Below are positions 13,624 to 27,913 of a stretch of DNA of 64,000 nt, piece after piece. The notes under the pieces were generated by a model. That model saw only the letters and a program-made list of their open reading frames with translations, was not told where the DNA came from and ran no database searches. Source of the stretch: Octopus sinensis (lineage: Eukaryota); assembly GCF_006345805.1 (NCBI RefSeq), contig NC_042997.1, forward strand, positions 122,946,001 to 123,010,000. Direction: 5' to 3'. Positions within the stretch are counted from its first letter, which is position 1. The number at the start of each line of letters is the position of its first letter. Position numbers and translations under genes: made by a program.

Positions 13624-13983
13624 ATAATGATAATATTAGGGAGTAAATCCAAACTTACAGGGAAAAATTAGATTTAGGATTAAATCTAATTTTATAGTAT
13701 AAATATATATTATATTAAATTAGAGATAAAACCACTACTAGGCAAATCAAACAGTGAAAATCATAAGCCATACATAGAAATAAAATTAATTAAAAAAATT
13801 TATAAAAAATATAAAATATAAAAATAAAATTCCAAATTAAAATAATAAAATTAAACTTAAAATTTTGAAAATATTTAAATTAATAATTTAAACTTATAAA
13901 TTTTAAATATATATATATATATATAGATATATATATATATATTATTATTATTATTATTAGTATTTTATTTTATTTATGTATTT

Positions 13984-14014
<31 letters not shown>

Positions 14015-15302
14015 TTAAATTTTATAACTATCAAAAAGTATTAAAAGTTTAATATAAGATAAAGAGTAAAAACACTAGGATCGATTCATGCCCGTAACCA
14101 ATTCGAATAACAATAATTTAAATTCAATTAATAATTCGAATTATGGTTACAGTCAATCTTCATGTTAACTGTAATATTTTAATAAATAATTAGAAATATT
14201 TAAACAATATTTTAAATAATATAATTTTTCTTATAAAAATCTCTATTATCAAACTAGAAACTTAACGATTATGATTATGTCAAAACATCGATTATAATGT
14301 TAAATATTAATTTTAATTTTTAAGTATTAACTTTTATGGTAAGAAACCCATCAATAATCTAATACCAGTAATAGTCAATATCTAATTACATAAATATTTT
14401 ACAAAAAAATGACTATTCATATTATTAAAAATATAAAATCTAAATAATACATAAATTATCAATTAAAATATATAAATGCATATAAATATTATAATTAAGA
14501 TCTAAAATAATCTCTATAAATAAATATATATGCACATATAATAAAGACCTATAATTTTTTATATTTAAAGATGAAATAGCTAATTTCAAAAATACAAACA
14601 AACAATCTTAAACGAACGCTATAGCAAATTAACTATCTTTATATCTCGTTGGCTAAATAATAACTTTCAAAAATATTATATTTAAAATACTTAAAGAAAT
14701 AATCAATTCGTAGTTATATAGTATCAAATAAATACTATAAATATATTTATCCATTGGAATAATAAAACTAGCAAATATCAATTTAAAAAGACAATATATA
14801 AGTTAAAATAATAATTATAAGAAATTTAAAACTAAAATTAATGCTATTAATACATGTATATACATAAAACCTAACTTTAAACAACTCGTATACTTGCTAT
14901 CAAACAACATATCTATCGCTAAGTAAATTCTTACAAATAAACTAATAGTTAATATCTAATGATTATATAGAAAATTACGATAATTAGATCATTACATAAA
15001 CAACGATATTTACATAAAAAACAATAATATTACACCATAAGACCTATGAAATATTAAAATTTAAAATTTAAAGATCTTACGTATAAATATATACTTAGCT
15101 TAGCGAGGTTTTGTGATGAACATATATATACATATATACCATGTGCTTCTTTCAGTTTTCGTCTACCAAATCCACTCACAAGACTTTGGTCTGGCCGAGG
15201 CTATAGTAGAAGACACTTGCTCAAGGTGTCACGCGGTGGGACTGAACCCGGAACCGTGTGGTTCGTAAGCAAGCTACTTCCCACACAGCCACTCCTGCGC
15301 CT
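13233..15302 (-). mobile_element. SINE family A split by a ~1.5-kb insertion (3' half 13233-13410, 5' half 15125-15302)
   Basis: Both halves match 48721-49105 in register; the break lies in the internal (TA)n tract. Confidence 0.8.
13621..15110. mobile_element. Extremely AT-rich unclassified insertion inside the SINE's (TA)n
   Basis: Defined by the interrupted SINE; no listed ORF; G-poor on the plus strand. Confidence 0.5.
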
Positions 15303-15317
15303 AATAATAATAATAAT

Positions 15318-15354
<37 letters not shown>

Positions 15355-15533
15355 AGAGAAGCTAAGAAGAAGAAAAAGAAGAAGAAAAAGAAGAAGAAGA
15401 AGAAGAAGAAGAGAAGAAGAAGAAGAAGAAGAAGAAGAAGAAGAAGAAGAGAAGAAGAAGAAGAAGAAGAAGAAGAAGAGAAGAAGAAGAAGAAGAAGAA
15501 GAAGAAGAAGAAGAAGAAGAAGAAGAAGAGGAA
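15303..15533. repeat. (TAA)n-(GAA)n microsatellite
   Basis: Directly visible. Confidence 0.95.
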
Positions 15534-15841
15534 GATGGTGTCTACGTCGATGATGACGTGTATGTTTGGTAAAATATGAGGATGCTAATCACGGTATGCA
15601 TTACGGTATTTTTATTTATAGGAATCATAGATGTATGAATATGGGTTGTAAGTGTATTATTTCCTATCTTCCACGAGAGCTCCTGATCAAATAAGTAAGT
15701 GAACACGCAATACAATTTCTGGGCAGCATTAGTTCAAATGCTGTATTAATCACATTTTAAAGTATTCTGTGGTGTTCATATATTCTTTTGAAAACAGAAC
15801 ATAATATATATACATTATTTATATATATCTATACATATATA

Positions 15842-16045
15842 CAATAATCCCTCTTCTATCGCGGGTGTTACGATCGTAAATCTCTCATAGAAATAATTCA
15901 AATCTAAAATAATATAAATAGTTATCGGCCCTAGAAACCTGGATATATTGAGGAGATCGCGATATAAATTTACATATATTAGACAGAAAATTCCGCGATG
16001 TACTGAGTGTGCGTCAGGTGAATCGCAATATGGCGGGGATTACTG
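15842..16045. mobile_element. pogo/Tigger-like MITE
   Basis: Imperfect TIRs caataatccctcttctatcgcg / cgcaatatggcggggattactg, flanked by TA on both sides. Confidence 0.65.
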
Positions 16046-18382
16046 TATTTTCATTATTTGATAAGTTTTAACATATATTAATATTATCTTATGAGAGTAA
16101 AAAAGAACGAAGATGCTATGCAGTTTCAGTTCATTGTATACAGGTGGGTGTAATGTTAAAGAAATTCGTGTTGTTAAAAAAAATACGGTAGTGTATATAA
16201 CGTAATTTCTTTCTTGTCCGTCAAGCATAATTCTACCATGTTGTTTTCTCTTTATCTAGAATGGGAATGAAAATCTATTTCAACATTTCAATGATTACTA
16301 ATTGCACGATCAAATGCTATTCCTGAATTTTCAATTTTCTAAGTTGTAGCTCGTGCAAACCAGAGCTAACGTGAAATAGGCGATCCTATTTCCATATCTG
16401 TGGAGTCCTTTCTCATATTAAGGTGAGTAAATAAGCTTCAATAAAGTGTATAATATATCAAGTGCATATTATAGAAGCTGTTAGTTTTCAGATCTCTGAA
16501 AATACACGTTATTGTAGCAATTGCCTTGTCCAGGATATTTTATTTGAAGTAACGATATCACCCTATATTTTTTGTTTCATTTTTAGACGGTATGGTTTTA
16601 TTCGAGGCAATTTAGTTGATATTTGGTTTAGGTAAAGTAAATTTGTTTAAGATTATTATCGGTTGTTTTACAACGATAACCCACTGTATATAATATTATT
16701 TTTACCTCATACCTGCAAATCTACAATTTCTTACCTCATTACTCTTTACACTTACATCATCAAATTTTCTACAAGCATTATTAAATATTCTGTTTTGGGA
16801 ATTGTTTCTCGCTGGATTTGTTTTCATTATTCTTCTCAGTAAAATAGTTGAGAATCAATTTAAACTGGAGACTTGAACAATGATAACTTGCTCTTTGAGA
16901 ACAGTCATGCTGAATTTGTAGTTTCCATAAGAATGACTGTGGTGGAGTCTCTATGTGAAACGTGCGTTTGAAAAGAATTAAAAGAGGTTTACCTTTGCTA
17001 ATACGAAGTATTAACAACGCAGTTTGCCTACAAGACGATGCTATACGTTACGTTTTACTATAGTTCCTACATTTATTGACAAGTACATTTCGTTTTGTAT
17101 CTTGAAGTTGTATCATATAAGAAGTTGCATATGCATATTACTTTGATGATAGCAAATCGAAGAACATAATATAAACATTGTGAAATAAAGTGAGGAAATA
17201 TTTTCATATTCAATTAATTACGAAAAAGGTTTAAACAATTAACATACTCACGACTTCTGTTCCAACAATATCTAAATAACGTACCTGAAGCGATGACTCT
17301 ATGAATGGATTTTTTTCTTTTAAAATATTTCTTTGTCTAATGTGAAAACTGATCCTTGTTGCTTAAACATTTAGTCAAGTCAGTCACTTATGAGAAAATA
17401 GGAAATAATTGTAATAGTCAACATTTCACTTAGTCAATATACTCTTACGTTTTACCTACCAGAATATTCTTTCTCTATATATGATTCTATGAAGACGGCA
17501 ACTTAAGTAAATGTTACCATATCAATGTGTATGCACGCATTGACATCAGCTTTCAAAAGTTTCGACTTTATGTAAATAATAGCTCCCAGCTGTTTACTAA
17601 TGTCATTGATATTTTCGTTCGAGATATCGATCTGAATTATTTTCTTATATTTCTGCTTCAATGAAATTATATTTCAGAAGTTTGAAGTTGCAGCGATTAC
17701 ATAAGAGATTTGCTTATGCTTAATGAATTTTGTTTCATGAATAAATTATTATTAGTGTTTGTCATTTATGTAATAATCCTGTTCATATATATTTCTAGAG
17801 GTGAAAGAAGAATGCAGACACATACAATAAGGAAATGGAACGCATGATATATCTGCTTTTGCTATTTTTTAAAAAACAAACAAATTTATATTTGTATGTA
17901 TATCCTTGGAAAATGTAAGCATCTCAATCATTGAAATGAGAGAATAGTTTTGATTTCACTAAAATCTTTCCAGAATATTCTTAGTCGTTTTCGGTGCCTG
18001 GAATATATCTTTAGAGAACATGTTGTGGAACAGCCCGATTGAAATATTTCAGGCAATTACTAGCGTAATTCTTCCTCAAATTGTCCCGATCAAGGTTTGG
18101 CCAATTAAGAATTCTAACATATTTCTCTTTACGTTGGTGAGAATATTCATTGATGTCAGTGATTTTGATATTTATTGAGATAGCGGCAGAGCTTCATATT
18201 CCTCACAACTTGAACTTTTCATATGCCGAACTAGTTACGTGTATTCATTTTAATTAAAATAATTATTCAAATCTTTATATGTACTCTCCCTGTATTTTAA
18301 ACCTCACAATTTCCTATATTTCTTTTATACTAATATAAGGAGTGATTAGTACCGGTACACACACACACACATACACACACAC

Positions 18383-18436
<54 letters not shown>

Positions 18437-18507
18437 TATATATATATATATATAATATATATATATAATATATATATACATCTATATATACATATATATG
18501 CATAAGC

Positions 18508-18547
<40 letters not shown>

Positions 18548-19208
18548 ATGCATGTATGCGTATCTCTACGTTTGTATGTATTCTGCTTATTCATGTGTTC
18601 GTGTTTGTTTGTGTATGTGTGTGTGTCTACATAACAGCCTACTAACAGATCTACTTGTATATGTATAAAATGTAGATATTGGGGTATTATTACGTTCTGT
18701 GTGTATCGTCTATTTAGTACTGGGGATGTTTCATTTATGAGGGCGTACTCCTGTACTTTTCTGAGTGTTGGTTCCTTCGGGAGCTTGGATAAAATGTGGA
18801 TGTCAATATATGGAAAACTTAAGTTTACTTGTAATCTCCCCTTTCGTACAAACACCAAGTAGTTAGCTAACTCACTTTGGGATCATGAGTACACCAAACC
18901 TCACGTGTGCCTATAATCACATTGTATGAGCGAGTGTACTCGCGCTATGCTGCTTGCCCGAGGCGTTTATACATCCATATTTGTTATTGGCTATTTTTAA
19001 TTGTTTCCTCGCTGGATTGCGTGTTCATTTCTCTTTTTGCCATTTGTGATTTTATTTATAAATGAAGATATTTCTTCCGTCTAGTTGATTTTGTCTCTAT
19101 AAAACGGTAATTTATATTGCGGAACAGTTATTTTAACGAGTTGTTTTTATTTATCATCCGACGAGATACACCTGTACCGCCGGAGGCTCCTGAACCAGTT
19201 GTTGAGTG

Positions 19209-19259
19209 ACTCACCCATGAGGAATCGATGCTAGATATGCCGAAACAATTGTCGTGATT
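19209..19259 (+). ncRNA. Degenerate hammerhead remnant
   Basis: tcac-ccatga-ggaat...atgcc-GAAA-caattg-TC-gtga. The 3' core and palindromic stem III are intact; the 5' core is damaged. Confidence 0.45.
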
Positions 19260-19323
19260 AAAAATAAATTCTCGAAAATTCCATTTCCGTCTTTCATTTG
19301 CCTATATATATATATATATAAAA

Positions 19324-19403
<80 letters not shown>

Positions 19404-20329
19404 GTGTGTGTGTGTGTGTGCAAATATGCATGTTTCAATGTTTCCAGCTACGTACGTATGATGTGTACTATATTACTACTTGAATTTATAGCTATTCCAT
19501 GGCTCTTATTTTTCTTTTTTATTTGTTTTGGAAGTCATATCATTTTAATTCACCTTTACCTACAGAGATTATTCATCCATCACCGTGAATATTATTCTAA
19601 ATATTAAAATCTTACATTTCGTTTACAATCAGTAGAAGTAACCGAGGGATATCTTACATGAGTATTGTGTCACGTTGGCAGAAAATGTTTATGAATTTCT
19701 GCCATTGACAATAAGTATTGCCTCTTCATGAATCTACATGACGTATGACAAAATTTTATTGAATGTATTGTTGTATTGTCTCAATGCACGTATCTCTTTC
19801 AACTGCCAATTATAATGTAGAGCTCCAAGACATAAACAGCTGAAACCGCTCATGCACTTGCTCTCAAATTAGCTGTAATAATGTTAATGCAAACGCACGG
19901 ATCAAGACAACCCTACTTCAGAATTTATATCTCAGTATACATAACATAAAATTTACAAGCATTCATCGTTAAATGGTTTGGGTTTATATTTTATATTATT
20001 GCGTTGTGAATGATTTGTATCCAGCGTGGAGATCATCTTTATTAACAAAGACTTTGTTTAGCTACACAGACATATATTTCTATGTGCATGTGTGCCTGGC
20101 TTATGTATCCTTGTGTGTATATTCGTATGTGTGTGCGTTAACTCATATGAATCTATCGGTCAATACTGTAGGATAAATTGGATTGCCCAACCCCATTTAT
20201 GTATTTGCACACTAGAATACCCCCCCTCTCTCTCTCTCTCTTCATAACCGGTACAAGGTTTTAAGAATATTTTAGTAGAAGCAGTTGTTTATTATTACTA
20301 CGCATCTAATTAACTTACTTGCCAACATT

Positions 20330-21040
20330 TTTATTCCAGACAGGAGATAGCGCATTCAATACAGTCTGCTGAACATTGCTTGTCACAGATGACTAGTTTG
20401 CATAATGCTGTTGGAAGATGAAAACAAATCGGAAGCTCACTAGGCGAGAAGGTTTTTGAAAAACTATGGAAAAATAGCTACAGAACCTTATGAAATGTTT
20501 GCGATTACTTATGCATTGATTTATATGAACTGAGTATCTGTTTGTCGATGCCACACTAGATCAAGCAAATCAAGTCTACCGGGAATCTCTTGATGTTCTC
20601 CATTTTCGACAGTCTACACATCATTCATATTCACTGTCTCCCTGTGGCCAGACGGTCAACAATGTGTAATTTGTAGAGATTTTGAACGTGTTCAGAAAGA
20701 GATTTCGTCGCAAACCGTCAGAATACCTGCTACACGTTAATTTACGAGTTCACACTTCTATCCTGCTAACCATCTATTTGACGAAGAAGGGCTTCAAAGC
20801 TGTCCCTCACTTTCATGCATTCCTAGGCTTTCCTGTAACTTTGGATTTTTAACACGCTAAAGGTAGAGTCGATAATGATCCTGGGCACATTCATTTTGGA
20901 GGACTTGCATGAGGCCTTCAGGAAGTGCTGTGGTGCTTTAACAAGTACACTGAAGTTAGAGTATCCTATCGTGAAGAGGTTTAGAATTTTGGACTTCTGT
21001 GAAATTATTCCAGTTTTACAAACTTCTCAAATGCATCTGA
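20330..21040 (+). mobile_element. Decayed mariner transposon
   Basis: Fragmentary transposase motifs: ATEPYEM (HTH region), LMFSIFD..IIHIH, GQTVN, FRKRFRRK; many indels. Confidence 0.6.
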
Positions 21041-22849
21041 AACACATATATATATATATACTTACATGCATAAATACGACCTTTCATACACACATACATA
21101 GGACTACATATAAACACACGCACACACACTCGCATACACGTTATATATACAGTATATATACATATATAGATATAAATATTAATACATAAATACATAAAAT
21201 ACTTGAACCTATCTCAACAATTTCAGAAATTGCATTTTTATTTTCACTGCACTTTAACTTCGCCTGCTCAGCTGACAGAGATTATCTGCATCTCGCTCAA
21301 AGTCTCCGGCACACTGTATCTCTCTTCTGTGTGTGAGCGTGTGTGTGCCTGTGTGTGCGTGTGCGTGTGTGTGTGTGAGTACATGTGTGTGTGTGCATGT
21401 CTCTACCTCTCTTTCTATCACACTGATGTCATCAAGCCTGCATAAATTTCAAATTTTTTTTTTATATCCACAGACTCTTGCAACATCATCATCATAAGTG
21501 TGTATGTGAGTGTGAGAGGGGGCGAGAAATAAACTTCTGCCTTTGTATATGTGTGTCTATATTACACTTCCATAAAGTCATACTCACACACACTAAAACA
21601 CACCATGAAACCATGATTGTCTAAAATATTGTGTTGAAAATCTAGATGGAAACATCTAGAGTGAACATGCTACATTAAGATATGTAATATATTTTCTCCA
21701 TTTGTGTATTGTACAAATATGATTTCCTGTCAGACTCGATGTGTAGTTTCAGTTTTAAAATTAACATTTGCCATCATCTTGTTTATATCATTTTCCGAAG
21801 CATATCTGACAGTTTCTATGACAGATGTTGAAATAGCAACACAAATAGCATTCTACTATCTACGAAAATTCTTTTCTCATCTCCTTCAACATTTGCATTA
21901 TTTATTCGAAGAAATAACCAATTATCTCATGACACATCAATACCTCATTAAATTTTACTTCGTTATTGTTATTCTTGCAGTATCTTTCTCGTTAATTGAT
22001 TCCAACAATAATTCTCAAAAATGCGTCTTCTTTTACGTTTAGTTTTTTTTCTTCTTCTTCTCTGTAAGCTTGAATGATACGTAATTATAACGTATTTTCC
22101 GCTCAAGACAAATACATAGCAAAGGAAACCATTTAGCTTGGCATAATGTAGGCGCCTTACACTGAAAACAGATATATAATTATAAGAGCACAATGATGAA
22201 AAATGACTTGATACACTATTTCATAATAAGTATGTTAGAGAAAATATTTTCTTCGATGTATTAAGGAGAAAACGACATAAAAAATAATTTTCAAACAGCG
22301 GAAATATGTCCAGAATATGAAAAGATATATCTATGCAAATGATTTTTGCAATAAACATGTGTGTATATATACATTGTTATATAATCTGTGAAATATTTTT
22401 CTACAAAATGTATTTAACTGTTCCGTGAATTGAGTAGTTTATTTTTAAGAAATGGTGTAAATAAATCAAGAAGCGAGTCGAGTCTTATGCATGTCTAACG
22501 GATGTGATACAAATAAAAGCCCTGCCCTGTAACTTTCTTTGAAGAATTATCACGTTAGACTACGGAGTATTAGATATAGAATAACCTGTGTTGACAGTGG
22601 TGGAGTGCATTTAATCATAGATTTGTATAAACACAAGTAAACTGGACGAAATAAAATCAAAATTTGTATCAACCAAAATTTTAAGCGTTTATATGCTGTT
22701 TAAATCTAACGAACAGATAAAATACGTAATGATGAAGACGGGATAGTACAAAAAGTATCACAGGCTTCCTTAATCAATGCTGACCTGAGTTGAACTACAA
22801 TAACAAAGACGTTATTTGAAAACATGAAGTAGTTTTCCTTTTTTATCCT

Positions 22850-23201
22850 GTTATTTCTTTTTGGCATTTGACTACAGCCACGATGGAACACCACTTTTAG
22901 TCGAACAAAGCGACACCATATACTTTCTAATTTTAGTACTTATTCTATGGGTAGCTTTTTCTAAGTTAGGGGGATGCAAGCACACCAACATCGGTTGTCA
23001 AGTGATGTTGGGGGGACAAACACAGACATACATACAGACAGACACACACACACATATATACGACGGGCTTCTTGCAATGTCCGCCTAACAAATCGACTCA
23101 CAAGACTTGTGTCGGCTCAATTCTATAGTTGAAGACACTTGCCTAAGATGCCACACAGTGAGACTAAATCCGCAAACATGTGATTAGGAAGCAAACTTCT
23201 T
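22850..23201 (-). mobile_element. Degenerate SINE family A
   Basis: catcggttgtcaag, gggggacaaacacaga, acgacgggcttct and gaagacacttgcc occur in the same order as in 48721-49105. Confidence 0.75.
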
Positions 23202-23449
23202 TATTTCAATATTTTTGCCATAAATGCATTACACAGAGGGGACACTACAACACATGTGGGGGCACATAACAATTAAAAATCTATAAAAATAAAATATATT
23301 ATGAATGACACATGAAAATGAACATGTAAAACAAATTAAAATTATGATTGCGTGATACTTGAAAATGAAAATATGAAGAGTGTGCTACTCACTCCACAGT
23401 GAGCAACACCACTCGCCGCCTCTGAGTTCTAATTTCCTTTCAGTCACTT

Positions 23450-24180
23450 TTCCTGTTCCACAGACGTTCCATGACAGCACTCTCTCGTAACCTTTTCCAT
23501 CGGGAGAGGGTCTTCTAAATCCTGAGGTGTCTGCTCTTTTTTTCTTTTTTCCTGTGGGGAAATGGGGTGGGTGGATTTGGTGTCTGCATGGGGAGGGTGG
23601 GTCTGAGTGGTATTCAGTGGGATGGAGCTGAACTGGGATACTACATCATACTTAGTGTTCTTTCTTTTTTCTCTTTTTCCTTTTAATGTCTCTTACTCTC
23701 CATTCTTCCTGCCTTTCCTCCTTTACTCCATCTGTCTTTCTTCCTCTCTTTTCTCTTCCATCTCCACAGCGGTTTCCTCTGCTATTGGTCTCTGTAGAGG
23801 GCATAATGCTCTAATGTGGCCCCTTTGGTCACATTTAAAACAACTTGGTACTCTGCCCTCTACCCATACTCTCAGTAAATTTCCTTCGGCGTCACCGTCT
23901 CTGCCAAACTCTCCTCCGTCTGTATAATTAATTTTAGTGTCTTCCCTTTCCACCCACCTTTCGTTTCTGTTGCTTGAAGGACAGCCACTTTTTCCTCACT
24001 TCCAACATGTACAGCGGCCGCCACCCAATCCAATTGTATATGATGTGGAATTTCTTCTACCCTTACTTTGGAAGTCTTTCATCCAAGGTATGTGGGCAGA
24101 AGCACTACTTCCTGTGTTTTCACCGCCACACTCACCAGCCTCCTCGCCTCCTGTACTGTCCTAAACTAGACGTCCATTTC
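23450..24180 (-). pseudogene. Remnant of a non-LTR retrotransposon ORF1 (gag-like CCHC zinc knuckle)
   Basis: LRVWVEGRVPSCFKCDQRGHIRALCP (CX2CX4HX4C) followed by an E/K/R-rich coil, as in L1/Tx1-type ORF1. Boundaries approximate. Confidence 0.6.
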
Positions 24181-24328
24181 CCATACCTCCTTCCTTTAGT
24201 TATGTATATTATTTCCTTTGACCGTCCTCTTAGCGCCTCTTCCATTTCAACTTCCACCTGCTCGGCTTTTTTTCTTTTTTATGAGCAAAACGTAAACAGT
24301 ATCAAAACAGAATAGTAAAATATATTTT

Positions 24329-24438
24329 CCACCTAAATGTGGTGGACCTATAGGGGACGATGCTACTGTTGTTAATAACCCCAGGAAGGCATCTTCTCCA
24401 GTAGCATCGTCCCCTATATGTCGGCCACATTTTGGTGG
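24329..24438. repeat. 40-bp inverted repeat with 30-bp spacer
   Basis: ccacctaaatgtggtggacctataggggacgatgctactg versus the reverse complement of cagtagcatcgtcccctatatgtcggccacattttggtgg. Confidence 0.9.
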
Positions 24439-25622
24439 CAATTATACTTCATGATTTCGCTGTGCTACTGTTTACGTCTCGCTCAGAGATTTATTTTTGC
24501 TTGCTTCTCCTTTTTCGAGATTAGCGACTGTTTGTCACTGGAAAAAGCATTAAGTATTTTGCGTTTGCAATGAGTTTTCATCGCTAGCTGGTGATTATAT
24601 CGGGTTACAACGCAGAAACTCGGGTCTGTGTGTAACACGTAAGGCTAGAGATGGGAATGATGGTGTTCCCTCCACAAGTATTAAATAATAAAAGTAGTAG
24701 ATTTAGAAAGGTTTTTATACCAGTGGTTAGCATGCATAAGAAAATCAATAGACAGTTTATTTTCACATAAAGCAGTATATAAACACTGTTATATATGAAA
24801 GAGGTCACACTTGACAGGACACATTACATGCTAGAACGGGCAGGGAAATCCCAAAGTAGGAATAAGAAAAATGTCAAAGGGCATGAGAATAAAAATATGT
24901 TTGGAGCTACCCTCAGACTCAAGTTTCTGTATCAATGTGCAAAATAAATTTGCTGCTTAAATATGTATTTTTTCAGCGCCGTCACCGAAGAAGTACGAGT
25001 GGCAAATTAATTTATTTTGCACTTTGATATAGGAACTCGAGTCTGAGATTCACTACATAAATATTTTTATTCTCATTCCCTTTGAAATTGCTCTTATCCA
25101 TAGTTTACATCCTATCTTTGTGAACTCGCTGTTCGCTCCCATTTCGTGACATCTTAGACATGCAGTCACTTTTATAGCTTCGGGTTGATTCCTACCTTTT
25201 AAACGCAAGAAAGACAGATATCCGTTTGGTTAGAAATTATATTCAAAAATAAAAGTATATGCATGGACGCCTACCTATAAACAAAGTAAATAAAAAATAA
25301 ATTCATGATTAATACAGTCAAGTGTCCGCCTTAAAAGAAATTACAGTTGACACAATCTTTCAAATAAGAGAATTGTTTTGTTAAGAAGCTATATCAGTCA
25401 CCTTCGATATATCCTAGAAGCAAACCAAAATGTTAGAACGACGTAATAAAGTCTCAATGTTAGATAAAGCAATAAAGAAAAGTGGGTAAAGAAATACACA
25501 TGAGAAGTGAACAAGAAATTATGACACCTGTTTCTTACTAATTCAATATCATCTCCCTTTTCTCACGCTACGTTCTCGCTCTCTCTCTTTCTCTCTCTCT
25601 TTCTTTCCTCCCTCCCGCCCCC

Positions 25623-25653
<31 letters not shown>

Positions 25654-25696
25654 GAGAGAGAGAGATAAATACATACATACATATATATATATATAA

Positions 25697-25741
<45 letters not shown>

Positions 25742-25776
25742 CATATATATACATACATACATATATATATATATAC

Positions 25777-25830
<54 letters not shown>

Positions 25831-26371
25831 GCATACGTGTTATAGATAAAGTAATTGATAGCGTAAACGATAACAATATTTAGTATTAATATATTGCCGC
25901 CGAACTATAGATGGAAGTCGGATATGAAGCACATATAAAGGAAGACATATTGTATATTTAAAAAGCATAATCTAATTTCACACAACCATCGTCAATCAGA
26001 CTGATTAATCCATCATCGCACGTTATACGTACTTTTAGATAAAACACATTAGTTCCATCCCACCAAAAATCGAGCTAAGCTCACACAAAGTACAACGGCA
26101 TAGGTTTTCAATTTCTTTTGGCTTTGCAGAACAGATTGAAGCTCTCACAAGTTCACGTGTGTCGGATGGAAGCAATTATTCTTAAAAATTGTTTATAATG
26201 CATATTTATGAAGGTCTCAATATATTACAATTTTACTAATAGACAACCAAGAACTGAATATGACGTGTCTGCACAGTTTCGGTTAATCGTACTGACACAA
26301 ACACTTGCACATCCACATGCATGAGCACACACATTCACACACACACACACTTATGCACGCATATATATATA

Positions 26372-26759
26372 TCTTTATATATAAAAGTGAGGTTGTGTGC
26401 TGTCTGTCTCCTACGATTTAGATTCCTAACTACTCCCACATTTTGCGGGGTTGTTTAACCAAAACCGGGTATCTTATAGTCCTGATTCTTATAGAGCCCT
26501 TCTGGGTATTAGCGCGCGTCTACAATGAGTCTACGATTTTAAAAGAAATTTACTATCAATTTTTCCCATTTTTAATGCACTTTTGGCATATATAAGGGAA
26601 GTAACTCTCTAAAAATTTATTATTAAATCTCAGAACGTAAAAAGCTACAGTAACCTTGTGGTTAGCCATATTGAGATGGCTATTATACTTTACATCTCTA
26701 AAAATGCTTATATAGTTATTTCCCTTACAAACCCGAGCAACGCCGGGCGAGACTGTTAG
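26372..26759 (+). mobile_element. Non-autonomous Helitron
   Basis: A|TC 5' end (tctttatatataaaa), subterminal GC hairpin cccgagcaacgccggg, 3' end TTAG|T (CTAG variant), no TSD. Confidence 0.75.
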
Positions 26760-26892
<133 letters not shown>

Positions 26893-27774
26893 ATACATTT
26901 AATACTATTAAAGATGCGATTTTAGAGTAAGAATGACGAATTATATTGACCAAATACATACAGTTCTTCGTAAAACCAATACTTGCTACAAAGCTTGCAG
27001 TGTCTCAGCTACTAAAATATTTTAGCACATCACTAGATCTTACGAAGATAAACATGTGTGTTTAATTGAACTACAATTTTGCTTTAACTGATTTGTTTTA
27101 TAGGAAACCGCGTTATAAACTACTCAATTTAGGCGCCAACTAGGAACGTATGATATTTTACACAAGATTATAAAGTTAAAAACAATTGTGACGATATATC
27201 ATGACCCATGAGACGGATTAAATATTACAGAATCGCAAATACTTGGCATATCTACTCTATGGATTAATGCAAATCATTATTCTAATTTTGTAAAACAGCC
27301 CTAGCTGGAAAACATTTCTAGCAGTGCATCTAATTTGATATTCAGTACTTACTGTTGTCGTTATGTATCGTAACTCTGCAGGCTATTGATGACACTACAA
27401 CGAACTTATTCCCGATTAAGCGCAAGTTTTATGCTGTTTAGCGACACCCGTCCGACCAGTTACTGATATTGTCCATCCATTGCGTTCCTTGCTTGCTTCT
27501 CGATATGCTGCCCTCTACACTTTCTTCTACGATCATGTTTTCCAAACATTTCTTATTTCAAAAATAGCCATAATTATTGAGATCTATTTTTCAGATTATT
27601 CAGAAGTTGTCGTCTTCCACCTACTTATTGTAAAATGCATTCGTTTGTCCTATGATCTTGGTAAATGACACAGAACATTCTCCTATACTCCCACAAAATG
27701 ACTACAGCTCAAATGAGAGCTCGCACTTTTCTTGTTTGTAACAGAGGGAATATTTTTGCTGCTCTAGACGATAT

Positions 27775-27913
27775 TCTTTTCTACTCTACGCACAAAGCCC
27801 GAAATTTTGTGGGGAGGGGGCCAGTCGATTAGATTGAAAATCAGTACGTAACTGGTACTTAATTTATCGACGTAGAAAGGATGAAAGGCAAAGTCAACCT
27901 TGGCGGAATTTGC
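27775..27913 (-). mobile_element. SINE family C fragment (Nin/Deu-like domain)
   Basis: Reverse complement of gactttgcctttcatcctttc...gtcgataaattaagtaccagtt, as at 32167-32212, but with a different 3' tail. Confidence 0.75.
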
